64,000 bases of DNA from an uncultured Candidatus Rokubacteria bacterium (GTDB taxonomy: Bacteria; Methylomirabilota; Methylomirabilia; Rokubacteriales; CSP1-6). The position numbers were made by a program, and so were the translations under genes. The notes under the pieces were generated by a model that saw only the letters and a list, made by a program, of their open reading frames with translations, was not told where the DNA came from and did no database searches. Below, in pieces: positions 51,226 to 61,287 of this stretch. The number at the start of each line of letters is the position of its first letter. Position 1 is the stretch's first letter. Location: assembly GCA_963754315.1 (NCBI GenBank), contig CAVWFS010000008.1, forward strand, positions 64,001-128,000, given 5' to 3'.

Positions 51226-52404
51226 ATGCAGAAGAAACTGATGACCCTAGGTGTTCTGGCCGCCACGCTCGCGCTGGCGGGCGGGGCGCTGGCCCAGAAG
51301 GAGACACGCGGCGTCACCAAGACCGAGGTCGTCCTCGGTATGCACACGGATCTGTCGGGGCCGGCGGCTACCTACGGCGTGTCGTCCTCCAACGCCGTGA
51401 AGATGCGGTTCGACGAGGTGAACGAGAAGGGGGGCATCCACGGCCGCAAGATCAAGCTCATCGTCGAGGATACGCAGTACCAGGTGCCGCGCGCCGTGCA
51501 GGCGGGAACCAAGCTGATCAACCGCGACCGCATCTTCGCGATGGTGGCCGCCCTCGGGACTCCCATGAACAATGCCCTCTTCAAGGACCAGTTCGAGGCG
51601 GGAGTGCCGAACTTGTTCCCCCTCTCCGCCGCGCGCTCGATGTACGAGCCGTTCAACCGGCTCAAGTTTTACGGCGCTGCCTCCTACGTGGACCAGATGC
51701 GGGCCGGCATCAACTACTTCGTCACCAAGAAGGGCAAGAAGGCCCTCTGCGCCATGTACCAGGACACCGACTTCGGCAAGGAGGTGCTGGACGGCGTCCA
51801 GACCCAGGCCGAGACGCTGAAGATCAAGGTGGTGGAGACGGTCACCCACAAGCCGACCGACCAGGACTTCACCGCCCAGATCACCAAGCTCAAGGGAGCC
51901 GGCTGCGATCTGGTTGCCCTCGGTACCATCGTGCGCGATTCCATCGTGCCCTACGCGACGGCGCGCAAGATCGGGTGGACCGACGTCGACTTCCTCGGCT
52001 CGGCGGCGACCTACGATCTCTTTGTGGCGGCCGCCCAGGGCGGGGTGACGGAAGGGCTCTACGCCATGGGACTGACCGACATGCCGTACCGTGACACTCT
52101 GAGCCCCGGCGCGCAGGGCTGGTTCGATCGCTACAAGGATCGCTTCAAGGCTGAGCCGAACATTGGGGCTGTGTATGGCCACGTGGCGGCCGACCTCACG
52201 GTGGTGGGACTCGACAAGGCCGGGGCCGACCTCACGCTGGACAGCTTCATCAAGGGTTTGGAGTCGATCCGGGGCTACCGTGACATCTTCAACGGTCCCG
52301 AGGTGAACTTTGGGCCTGACAAGCACCAGGGCGCGAACTCCTCGTTCCTGGCGGTCGTGAAGGGCGGGCGCTGGGTTCGCGTGACCGACCCGCTCGGGTT
52401 CTGA
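51226..52404 (+). CDS. Liv-type ABC substrate-binding protein
   Basis: Signal peptide, DLSGP, GGIHGRKIKL, YQDTDFG. Confidence 0.9.
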   Translation: MQKKLMTLGVLAATLALAGGALAQKETRGVTKTEVVLGMHTDLSGPAATYGVSSSNAVKMRFDEVNEKGGIHGRKIKLIVEDTQYQVPRAVQAGTKLINRDRIFAMVAALGTPMNNALFKDQFEAGVPNLFPLSAARSMYEPFNRLKFYGAASYVDQMRAGINYFVTKKGKKALCAMYQDTDFGKEVLDGVQTQAETLKIKVVETVTHKPTDQDFTAQITKLKGAGCDLVALGTIVRDSIVPYATARKIGWTDVDFLGSAATYDLFVAAAQGGVTEGLYAMGLTDMPYRDTLSPGAQGWFDRYKDRFKAEPNIGAVYGHVAADLTVVGLDKAGADLTLDSFIKGLESIRGYRDIFNGPEVNFGPDKHQGANSSFLAVVKGGRWVRVTDPLGF

Positions 52405-52452
52405 GGTCTGACGCTCGGGCTCCCTTGCGTGCCGCCCGGCGCTTCCCATACC

Positions 52453-53544
52453 ATGGCAGAGGCCCCAGATATGCGTGAACTTCCAGTGAAGCCTCTCCCG
52501 AATGACCGGCAAGGTCGGCCTCGGCGCCAGCGCGTGCGCCGCGCCGTGGTCTGGGCGTGCCTTGCCACATCCTTTTGGGCAGCTGTTGCCTTGGCGGTGC
52601 CAGATCCGTCGACGCCGGCTCCTCCGGCGGCCCGTCCCCAGTCGGAGCAGACAGTCGACGCGCTGTCGGTGGTGAAGCTGCGCAGCAAGGCGGTCCGCAA
52701 CGCGCGCTCCGAGCGGACCCTGGGCTCGGTGCGCGAAGGAACCGGTGTCGTGATCGACGCAGACGGGTTGGTGCTCACCATCGGCTACCTGATCCTCGAG
52801 GCAGAGACGGTGGATCTGCTGACCGCGAACGGCACGTCCTTTCCCGCGGCCGTGATCGGCTACGACAGCGCCACCGGCTTCGGCCTGGTCAAATCGCTTC
52901 AGCCCCTGCCCATCAAGCCGGTCCAGTTCGGCCAGTCGTCGGGCGTTGCGGTCCGCGACCCCGTCCTGATCGTGGGCTTCGACGGCATCGCCCCCGCCTA
53001 CGTCGTGTCGCGTCGCCAGTTCGCTGGCTACTGGGAATACCTGCTCGACGAGGGTATCTACACCGCGCCGGCCACGGTCAACTGGAGTGGTGCCGCTTTG
53101 CTGAGCCGAGAAGGCAAGCTCCTGGGTATCGGCTCGCTCTCGGTGAACGATGCGGTGGGACCCGACAGCCATGTGCCGGGCAACTTGTTCGTGCCCATCG
53201 ACCTCTTGAACCCGCTGCTCCGCGATCTCGTGACCCGCGGGAAGTCCGCCGCGCCCCCGCGCCCGTGGCTCGGCGTGCGGACCCAGGAAGTCCATGGCAA
53301 CGTCGTCGTGGTGCAGGTCTCTCCGGAAAGTCCGGCAGAAGCGGCGATGCGGCCAGGCGATGTCATCGTCGCCGTTGGAGACCAGATCATCAAGGGCCAG
53401 GCAGATTTCTACGTCCGCCTGTGGTCACGCGGCAAGGCCGGTGTGGAGGTTCCCCTCGACGTTTTGCGGGACGGCCGAATCCAGAAGGTCACGGTCAAAT
53501 CCATCGATCGTGAGGCGTATTACCGGTCCCGCCCCACCTACTGA
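52453..53544 (+). CDS. Trypsin-like (S1C) protease-fold protein with PDZ domain
   Basis: GTGVVID, NWSGAAL, RPWLGV, SPA..A.MRPGDVI; start uncertain. Confidence 0.8.
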   Translation: MAEAPDMRELPVKPLPNDRQGRPRRQRVRRAVVWACLATSFWAAVALAVPDPSTPAPPAARPQSEQTVDALSVVKLRSKAVRNARSERTLGSVREGTGVVIDADGLVLTIGYLILEAETVDLLTANGTSFPAAVIGYDSATGFGLVKSLQPLPIKPVQFGQSSGVAVRDPVLIVGFDGIAPAYVVSRRQFAGYWEYLLDEGIYTAPATVNWSGAALLSREGKLLGIGSLSVNDAVGPDSHVPGNLFVPIDLLNPLLRDLVTRGKSAAPPRPWLGVRTQEVHGNVVVVQVSPESPAEAAMRPGDVIVAVGDQIIKGQADFYVRLWSRGKAGVEVPLDVLRDGRIQKVTVKSIDREAYYRSRPTY

Positions 53545-53552
53545 CTTGGCGC

Positions 53553-53558
53553 TATAAT
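53553..53558 (+). promoter_or_regulatory. Possible -10 box (TATAAT) upstream of the OmpA-family gene
   Basis: Perfect TATAAT in the intergenic gap about 100 nt before the start codon; no clear -35 box. Confidence 0.3.
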
Positions 53559-53657
53559 CGCCATTGGCCCCCATGCAGGCGAGATCGCAAGCCCGCGAGG
53601 CTCGGACAGCGTGGGATGACAGGGCGCATCGGCGGTGTGCCCAGGAGGAGGATGGCG

Positions 53658-54848
53658 ATGGCGACCAACCTACTCGATCTGGTCAAGGGATACCTCACAC
53701 CCGATATCGTCGACAAAGCGGCCTCGTACGTCGGAGAGTCGGGCCCGGCGACTCAGAAGGCCCTCGCCGGCATCCTTCCTACCATCCTCGCCGCCCTGAT
53801 GAATCAGGGCTCGACGCCTGGCGGTGTCCAGCAGATCGCCCAGATGCTAGACACGGGCAGGTACGACGGCAGCGCGCTGTCTAACCTCGGAAGCCTCTTC
53901 GGCGGAGGATCGTCCACTCAGGACGCGCTCGGAGCGGGCAGGGGAATCCTGGAGTCGCTGTTCGGTAGCAAGCTCGGCGGTGTGACGGACCTTATCGCGC
54001 GCTCTTCAGGTGTGCGCCCCGCCTCCGCCTCATCCTTGATGGCGCTCGCAACGCCCATCATCATGCACGTCCTGGGAAGGCAGCGTGCGCAGGCCGGTGG
54101 AACCATCCCTGCTCTGACCGCTCTCCTGGGAGAGCAAAAGGGCTTCCTGAGCGGCCTGCTCCCCGCTGGTCTCGGAGCGATGCTCGGCTGGCCGAGCCTG
54201 ACTTCTGGCGTCTCCGAGCTTGGCTCCACCGCGGCTGGAGCCGCGGCTCGCGCCACCCGAGAGGTGACGGAGGTCACCTCGAAGCGTCCTGGCTGGCTGA
54301 TTCCGCTCGGCGCCGTCGCGGCGCTGGTCCTTGCCTGGCTGCTGTACCAGTGGTCGGCCGCTCCGGTCACCCAGGTCACACGCGACGCGACCCGCAGGCT
54401 GGCCGAGCTACAGCTGCCCGGTGGCATCAGGCTCTCCGTGCCCGAAGGGGCCTTCAACTTCAGCGTGGCCACATGGCTCGCGAGCACCACCGACACGACG
54501 GTCCCCAAGCGATTCGTCTTCGATAACCTCAACTTCGAGACCGGCTCGACCCAGCTGACGCCGGAATCGCGTCCGACAGTGGACCACCTCCTCGTCATTC
54601 TGAAAGCCTATCCAGCCGTCGAGGTTCTCGTGGAGGGACACACGGATGCCACCGGCGATCCCGCGGCCAACAAGAAGCTGTCGCTCGACCGGGCCACCGC
54701 AGTGAGAGGCATCCTGGTCACGGGTGGTGTCGCCGACTCGCGCATCAAGACGGCCGGGGTCGGACCGGATAAGCCGATCGCTTCCAACGACACCGAAGAC
54801 GGCCGGGCGAAGAACCGGCGAATCGAGCTGGTCGTCGAGAAGCGCTAG
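53658..54848 (+). CDS. DUF937 + OmpA-like peptidoglycan-binding protein
   Basis: N-terminal DUF937-like helical region; C-terminal LNFETGS, EGHTD, NKKLSLDRA, GRAKNRRIE. Confidence 0.88.
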   Translation: MATNLLDLVKGYLTPDIVDKAASYVGESGPATQKALAGILPTILAALMNQGSTPGGVQQIAQMLDTGRYDGSALSNLGSLFGGGSSTQDALGAGRGILESLFGSKLGGVTDLIARSSGVRPASASSLMALATPIIMHVLGRQRAQAGGTIPALTALLGEQKGFLSGLLPAGLGAMLGWPSLTSGVSELGSTAAGAAARATREVTEVTSKRPGWLIPLGAVAALVLAWLLYQWSAAPVTQVTRDATRRLAELQLPGGIRLSVPEGAFNFSVATWLASTTDTTVPKRFVFDNLNFETGSTQLTPESRPTVDHLLVILKAYPAVEVLVEGHTDATGDPAANKKLSLDRATAVRGILVTGGVADSRIKTAGVGPDKPIASNDTEDGRAKNRRIELVVEKR

Positions 54849-54880
54849 CGAGTTTACTCGCCGAAATCTCCAAGGAGACG

Positions 54881-55290
54881 GTAGTATCAACGCCGCCGTT
54901 GCCTTGCTCATCGCCGGGTGCGCCGGCACCGCCAACTTGGGGACGCCCAAGGCGCTGACCGACGCCGACCGGGCGATGCTGGCCGGGACATGGCAGGGGC
55001 AGGTCGTGAATTCGACGGGGGCGCGCTCCGCGGCGACGTTGCGGGTCAACGCTGGCGGCACGTATACGATTACAGCAGGCCCCGCGTCTTCTCAGGGCCG
55101 GACGGAAATTCGGGACGGGGGCTTTTCGTTCGTAGCGAGTGCCGCCCCGATGGGCCGGGGTGAGGCGGCGTCGACGGGGCAGCGCACGGGGACGGGCGTG
55201 GTGCTTGACCGGGGTGACACCTGGGCGATCATCGGCTCGGGCCAGGCCGCCGCCGGCCCCTACAATTTCGAGTTCAGCAAACCTAAGTAA
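54881..55290 (+). CDS. Putative lipoprotein (start not resolvable)
   Basis: Lipobox LIAGC followed by LAGTWQG. AAGGAG lies upstream but no in-frame canonical start follows it. Confidence 0.45.
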
Positions 55291-55327
55291 GCCCGATCAA
55301 GGTCGCCGGCAGATCAGGCGAGATTTC

Positions 55328-56425
55328 TCAGAGGAATCGGGCCGGACGGAAAGCCGCCAGCCGAGGGTCGGGGACACCATCCAGCAGCTCGGCGGCGGCT
55401 AGGTGTCCCCACAGCGGCCCGAGGGTCACCCCGCTGTGCGACGTCACGATGTAGAATCCGTCGAGCTCGGGCAGAGCCCCCACCATGGGCTTCTGGTCGC
55501 GGGGCATGGGCCGCACGCCGACCCTGGTCGTCTCGATGCGTGCTCCCGCCAGAGCGGGCAGATGGACTGCCACCGCCGCCAGGGAACGCTCGGCGGGCCA
55601 GGCGTCGTCAGCAGGCTGGTTCCACACGTGGTCGTGGGCGCCCTCGGCCAGCACGATCCGCCCAGCGCCGTCCGGCCGGAAGTGCACACCGGGAGCGTGG
55701 ATCGGTCGCTTGAGAGTCGTGGCGACCGGCTGTGTGTAGATGAGGCGGCCGGGGACGCGGTCGAAGGGTAGCTTGATGCCGGCCAGCCGCCACACCTCGT
55801 CCGTGGCCGGCCCGGCACAGTCCACGACGACGTCCGCCTCGAACCGATCTCCGCTCTCGACAGTAACGCCGCGTACCCGGCTCCCGGTGCGAATCACGCT
55901 CGTGACACGGTGGCCGGGCAGCACCCGGGCTCCCCGCTGCGCGGCGTGGGAGAGCAGCGCGCCGATGAGGGGGACCACCTCGACGTAGCCCTCGCTCGGG
56001 GTGAAGACCACCTCGTCGACGTGCGGGGCAATGGCCAGGTCAGGTTCCAGGGATCGCGCCTCCTGCGGCGAGATGAGCTCGACCTGATAGCCCCAGCTTG
56101 CCAATCGTTCGACGGTTTCCTTGAGACGAGCGCGCTCGAGAGGCGCCTCCTCCCAGGCCAGGGCCCCATCGTGCTTCAGCCAGGAGCCACCGCCCAGCTC
56201 GCGCGCGAGAGCGACGTGCGCGTCCATGCCGGCCGTGTTCAAGTCGTGGTAATCGCGGGGCGTCTTGCCGAAGGAGTTGATCCACGCGAAGCTCGCGCCG
56301 GAGGTCCCTCCGCCCGGCGCGCCCGCCTCGAGCACGGTCACTTTGGCGCCGCGCGCCGTCAGGCGGTAGGCCACGTTTGCGCCGACCGAGCCGGCGCCGA
56401 TGACGATGATGTCTGCTCCGCTCAT
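55328..56425 (-). CDS. FAD-dependent oxidoreductase (DAO / glycine-sarcosine oxidase family)
   Basis: IVIGAGSVG, GVRPMPRD, HSGVTLGP, FRPARF. Confidence 0.88.
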   Translation of the reverse strand: MSGADIIVIGAGSVGANVAYRLTARGAKVTVLEAGAPGGGTSGASFAWINSFGKTPRDYHDLNTAGMDAHVALARELGGGSWLKHDGALAWEEAPLERARLKETVERLASWGYQVELISPQEARSLEPDLAIAPHVDEVVFTPSEGYVEVVPLIGALLSHAAQRGARVLPGHRVTSVIRTGSRVRGVTVESGDRFEADVVVDCAGPATDEVWRLAGIKLPFDRVPGRLIYTQPVATTLKRPIHAPGVHFRPDGAGRIVLAEGAHDHVWNQPADDAWPAERSLAAVAVHLPALAGARIETTRVGVRPMPRDQKPMVGALPELDGFYIVTSHSGVTLGPLWGHLAAAELLDGVPDPRLAAFRPARFL

Positions 56426-56687
56426 CGAAGACCGCTCACGATGACCTCACCCGATCGATGCGTCGCAATGGCTGATTCGTTCGCGGGCGTCAAGGCGCCC
56501 TACGGGATGGTGCGCCGGCGCAGGGGCGCAGTCAAGGCGAGCGAAGTCTATCGGGTCCGCCCAGGACACGTCGCGCCGCCCGCCTGTCGTGCACCCTCGA
56601 AGTACGATAGAGTTTGGCAGGCGCGCTCGATGACGCGGGCCAAGGTCGCCGTACGAGAGCATCGCCCGCGCCAGGGAGGGAAAGCCC

Positions 56688-58028
56688 GTGCACAAGCCTG
56701 TCCGCGTCGTCCACTACATCAACCAGTTCTTCGCCGGCATCGGCGGGGAGGCAGCCGCCAACTCCCCCGTCATCATCCGTCACGAAGTTGTGGGTGCCGC
56801 TCGTGCGTTGCAGGGCGCACTGGGCAGCGATGCTGAGATCGTCGCCACCCTGATCTGTGGCGACAACTTCTTTCACGACGAGCGGGAGCGCGCACGCCAC
56901 GCGGTCCGGGAGGCGTTGCGCTCGGCCCGGCCCGACGTCGTGGTGGCCGGACCTGCCTTCGAAGCAGGCCGCTATGGCATCGCGTGTGCCGAGGTGTGCC
57001 GGGCTGCAGACGCCGAGGGCCTTCCCGCCGTGACGGCCATGCATCCGAGCAACCCCGGTGTTCTGATGCACGGCCGCGAGGTGCTGGTCGTGCCCACTGC
57101 CGCCAGCGCGGCCGGGATGCACGAGGCGCTGGCGCCCCTCGCGCGCCTCGCCCTCAAGCTCGCCCGTGGCGAGGCATTGGGCACCGCGGAGAGCGAGGGC
57201 TACCTGTCGCGCGGGATCCGCCGGGTCGGCTCCCGTCCCGAGCCTGGCTACCGCCGGGCCGTTGACATGCTCCTGGCCAAGCTGAACGGTCGGTCGTATG
57301 TCAGCGAGATCCCGTACCAGGCTCCAGCGATGGTGCAGCCGGCGCCGCCGGTGGCGGAGCTCGGCCGGGCATCGGTGGCCCTCGTCACCACGGGTGGGCT
57401 CGTTCCCAAGGGCAATCCGGATGGTCAGACCTCGGGCAATGCCCAGCAGTACTACCGTTACTCCATCGATCAGCTCCAGTCGCTTCGGCCTGGCGAGTGG
57501 GAGGCATACCACGTCGGATACTTCACCCATCTGGTGAACAAGAACCCCAACTACGTCCTCCCGCTCGGCTACATGCGTGAGCTGGAGAAAACAGGGGTCA
57601 TAGGCTCCGTCCACCCCTACGCCTACACTCTGCCCGGCGTCAGCACGCCAGTGGCGCAGGCGGAGCGGCTGGGGCTCGGGATCGCCTCTCAGCTTCGCGA
57701 AGCGAAGGTCGGCGCCTGTCTGCTCGTCTCAACCTGAGGAACCTGCAATCGTTGCGGCGCAACGATCGCGAAGGAGATCGAGCGAGTGGGTATCCCGGTA
57801 GCCATGATCTCGGCAATCTACGATCTCGCCCTCACCACCGGCGCCAATCGCGTCGTGCGCGGGTGCCGGATCGAGCACGTGTGCGGCAATCCCGACCTCG
57901 GCCCCGACAAGGATCGCGAGTACGGCATGCGTATCATCACGACCGCGCTCCAGGCCCTTACGACTGCCGTCACCGGCCCCACCCTCTTCGAGCCTCAGAG
58001 CGCTTCGGAGGCGATCCATGCGTCTTGA
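56688..58028 (+). CDS. grdB: Glycine/betaine/sarcosine reductase selenoprotein B (UGA=Sec at codon 350)
   Basis: VVHYINQFFAGIGGE, GPAFEAGRYG, GGLVPKGNPD, then LVST-UGA(57735-57737)-GTCNRCGATIAKEIERVGIP...GANRVV. Readthrough ends at 58028, overlapping the next start. The symbol denotes the family; substrate is not established. Confidence 0.93.
57748..57766 (+). promoter_or_regulatory. SECIS-like hairpin of grdB copy 1
   Basis: ATCGTTGC-GGC-GCAACGAT: perfect 8-bp stem; loop starts after 18 nt downstream of the UGA. Confidence 0.8.
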
Positions 58029-59325
58029 GCTGGGGACATTCCCAGTTCGCGAGGCCCGCTTCGGGGCCGCCACGCGCTGGGACGATGGGCTCCTCACGAT
58101 CGATCGCGAGGCGGTGCTCGGCGCCGTGCACGACGATCCCCTCGTGGCCACCGCCAGCCTCGAGATCGCCCGACCAGGCGAGTCGGTGCGCATCTGGCCC
58201 GTCCGTGACGTCGTCGAGCCACGGGTCAAGGTGAACGGGCCCGGGGTGGCGTATCCCGGCTGGTTTGGACGTTCCATCGAGACGGTCGGCCGAGGGCGGA
58301 CGCATCGTCTGGCTGGGGTGGGGGTCGTGGAGGTGTCATCGGTCAACTGGCACGACGCTGGAGGTGACTTCGTCGACGAGTACATCGACATGGTGGGCCC
58401 CTGGGCCGAGATCACGCCGCAGTCCGGTCTGATCAATATTTGTCTGGTCGTGGAGCCCGACCCAGGCTTGGCCGTTCAGACCAAGAACGAGGTTGTTCAT
58501 CGAGCCACCTTGGCCGTCTCCGATGCGCTGGCAACAGCCGTCCGCGGGCTGCGTCCACCCGAGTTGGAGACGTTCGAGCTGACGGCGGCGCCGCCCACCC
58601 TGCCCGGTGTCGTGTACATCCAGTGCGTGCACTCGCCGCAGGCGATGTCCCACTCCGAGCACACGTTCTGCACCGGCACCTACGGGCTCACCCGGCTCAC
58701 GCCCCCCTGGCTTCTCCATCCGAACGAGATCCTCGACGGTGCGCTGTCGGGCCCCTACCGAACGCTGTTCGCGACGTCGTGGACGGTGGTGAACAACCCG
58801 ATCCTGCTCGATCTCTACCGGCGGCACGGTCGCGATCTGCGGTTCCTTGGAGTCATCGTCTTCCGCACGGAGTGGACTACTCAGACCGAGAAGGACCTGA
58901 TGGCCGAGCAGGCGGCCAAGCTCGCCCAGATGCTCGGAGCCCAGGGCGCCATGGTGACGTGGGACGCCGGCGGCAACGAGTACATCGAGGTCGTGCATAC
59001 CGTGAGAGCGTGCGAGCGACTGGGTATCAAGACGGTATTTCTCACCAGCGAGGATAGCCCGGAGGGCGGCGCCCCCTCACTGCTGAAGCCGGTGCCCGAG
59101 GCCGATGCCATCGTGACCACGGGGTTCTTCAACACCCGGTATCTGGAGCTGGGCCTGATGCCCCCCGTCGATCGGGTGATCGGTTACGGACAGAAAGCGG
59201 CGGGACGAGCCGTGGACGCCACCGTGGTGGGCGCACCGCAGGTCGATACGGCCGGAGCGATTCCGCCGCCATGGCGCCACGACGACCACTACGGCTTCAC
59301 CCGGCTGTCGTCCTTCGCGTACTGA
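58018..59325 (+). CDS. Reductase component B partner subunit (GrdE/GrdG/GrdI family)
   Basis: MRLELG, IARPGESVRI.PVRDVVEPRVKV.G, VGRGRTHRL, HPNEILDGA, NNPILLDLY..HG, GIKTV. Confidence 0.88.
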   Translation: MRLELGTFPVREARFGAATRWDDGLLTIDREAVLGAVHDDPLVATASLEIARPGESVRIWPVRDVVEPRVKVNGPGVAYPGWFGRSIETVGRGRTHRLAGVGVVEVSSVNWHDAGGDFVDEYIDMVGPWAEITPQSGLINICLVVEPDPGLAVQTKNEVVHRATLAVSDALATAVRGLRPPELETFELTAAPPTLPGVVYIQCVHSPQAMSHSEHTFCTGTYGLTRLTPPWLLHPNEILDGALSGPYRTLFATSWTVVNNPILLDLYRRHGRDLRFLGVIVFRTEWTTQTEKDLMAEQAAKLAQMLGAQGAMVTWDAGGNEYIEVVHTVRACERLGIKTVFLTSEDSPEGGAPSLLKPVPEADAIVTTGFFNTRYLELGLMPPVDRVIGYGQKAAGRAVDATVVGAPQVDTAGAIPPPWRHDDHYGFTRLSSFAY

Positions 59326-60789
59326 TGGCGGTCGTCGTCCGTGGTGCCCGCATGGTTCTGGCTCACACGCCAGGGCTCGTGCGCCACGGCTCGAAGCCGG
59401 CCCGCGAGCTCGGGCGCGACCCGGGGCTCCTTGATCGTCTCACGGCGAGCCTGCGGGCTTACGGGGCAGCGGCTGCCTACCCGCCCAACCGCGTGTTCCT
59501 CGGCGCCCTCGTTCCCGACGCGCTTTCATCGCTCCCACGACCGTGGTTCGAGGCGGACTAGCCCGCAGGACGCCCGCGGCCCGCACGGGTTCATCGTGCC
59601 GGAAGATTCGTTCTACGGCCTCCTGAAGGGCGACGACGAGTTCGACGTGGTCTGGCTCGACGAGGGGTTCGTGAGGGAGATCCGGGAAGGTCTTGCCCGC
59701 CACCCTCTGACTGCGCCCGACGATCTCGCGCGGGTTGGCGAGGGCAAACCGGCCTCGGCAATCCGGGCCCGACTCGAGTCGGACGGCGCGCTCTCCCTGA
59801 CCCTGCGCGATGGACGACTGATCGGCTGCGTGGGACGGGCTCACGAGGAGGACGCCTCGCTCGCCGCCGACATTCTTCTCGAGAACCTCGCTGCAAAGAC
59901 CACGGCCGTCCTGGCTCTGCGCACCCTCATCGCGGACGGCCTCGCCGACGCGGCGACAATCCCGTATGTGATCAGCAGCGGAGAGGAGGCGGTAGGCGAT
60001 CGCTACCAACGCGGGGGCGGCAATCTCGCCAAGGCTGTCGCCGAGCGCTGCGGGTGCGGCATGGCCAGCGGAGCGGACATCAAGGCGTTCTGCTGCGGAC
60101 CCGTCCACGCGTTCGTCACTGCGGGCGCCCTGGTGGCTGCGGGGGTCTTCGAGCAGGTCGCCGTGGTGGGCGGCTGCTCGCTCGCCAAGCTGGGCATGAA
60201 GTTCCAGGGACATCTGGCCAAGGGCTACCCGATCGTCGAGGACGTGCTGGCAGGTTTCGCCGCCCTCGTCGGGCGCGACGACGGTCGCTCGCCGGTTCTC
60301 CGTCTGGATGCGATCGGACGCCACTCAGTGGGCGCGGGTGGGGCGCAGCAGGCCATACTCGAGGCCCTGACGGTGAAACCCCTCGAGCGGCTCGGTCTGC
60401 GGCTGAGTGACGTCGACCGCTACGCGACCGAGCTGCACAATCCAGAAGCCACCGAGCCGGCGGGAAGCGGTAACGTGCCGCTCCTGAACTATCGTCTTCT
60501 GGCAGCGCTGGCGGTCTCGCGGGGCGAGATCCCGCGTCAGGCGCTGGGAGATTTCGTCACCCGCCACGGCATGCCGGGCTTCTCTCCGACCCAGGGTCAC
60601 ATCGCCTCAGCGGTACCGTTTCTCGCCCACGCGCTCGACGGCCTGACTTCCGGGTCCCTGCGACGCGTCATGTTCCTGGCCAAGGGCAGCCTGTTCCTGG
60701 GCCGCATGACTCAGATGTCCGATGGGCTGTCGTTCATCCTCGAGCGCAACCCGCAACTCCCGACCGAGCCGGAGGACCGATCGACATGA
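59325..60789 (+). CDS. grdC: Reductase component C beta subunit (frameshift near 59550-59570)
   Basis: N-terminal AHTPGLVRHGSKP..YPPNRVFLG in one frame. ENLAAK, EEAVGDRYQRGGGNLAKAVAE, AKLGM, ELHNPE, GFSPTQGHI and KGSLFLGRMT..SDG follow in the next frame. Confidence 0.88.
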
Positions 60790-61250
60790 TGCTCAAAGGA
60801 AAGAAGGTACTCGCCATCGGCGAGCGAGACGGCGTCCCGGGTCCTGCCATCGCCCGCTGCGCCCAGGAGGCCGGTGCCGAGGTGGTCATGGAGATGACTC
60901 ATTGCTTCGTCTGAACGGCAGCGGGCGCCCTTGACCTGGAAGGTCAAGACACGATCAAGAGAGTGGCCGAGCGCTATGCCCGCGACGAACTGATGGTGCT
61001 GATCGGCACGCCCAATCCTGAGAGCAGTGAGCTGGTGGCCACCACCCTCACGGAAGGCGACCCGACCTGGGCCGGCGTCCTGGCCGGGGTCCGACTCGAG
61101 CTCCCCGTGTTTCACATCACCGAGGATGACGTCAAGGCGCTGGTGCCCCCCGATGTGTATGCGGCGCAGGTCGGGCTGGCCGAGGTCGCCCTCGACACCG
61201 ATGCCATTGCTGAGACCCTCCAGCAGGTCCGCTCGCGGATAAGGGGTTAG
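60786..61250 (+). CDS. grdA: Reductase selenoprotein A (UGA=Sec at codon 43, CxxU)
   Basis: MMLKGKKVLAIGERDGVPGPAI...THCFV-UGA(60912-60914)-TAAGALDLE...GDPTWAGVLAGV; ATGA overlap with the grdC stop. Confidence 0.93.
60930..60948 (+). promoter_or_regulatory. SECIS-like hairpin of grdA
   Basis: CTTGACCT-GGA-AGGTCAAG: perfect 8-bp stem; loop starts after 23 nt downstream of the UGA. Confidence 0.75.
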
Positions 61251-61287
61251 GGGCTGGAGGCCCCGGACCCCGGCCAGGAGTCACGAG

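Noticed and set aside
51247..53295. 682-aa minus-strand ORF and other long antisense ORFs
   Set aside because: They fully overlap well-supported plus-strand genes and carry no motifs.
59559..59561. TAG in grdC as pyrrolysine or stop readthrough
   Set aside because: Homology continues in a different frame, so this is a frameshift and not an in-frame recoded stop.
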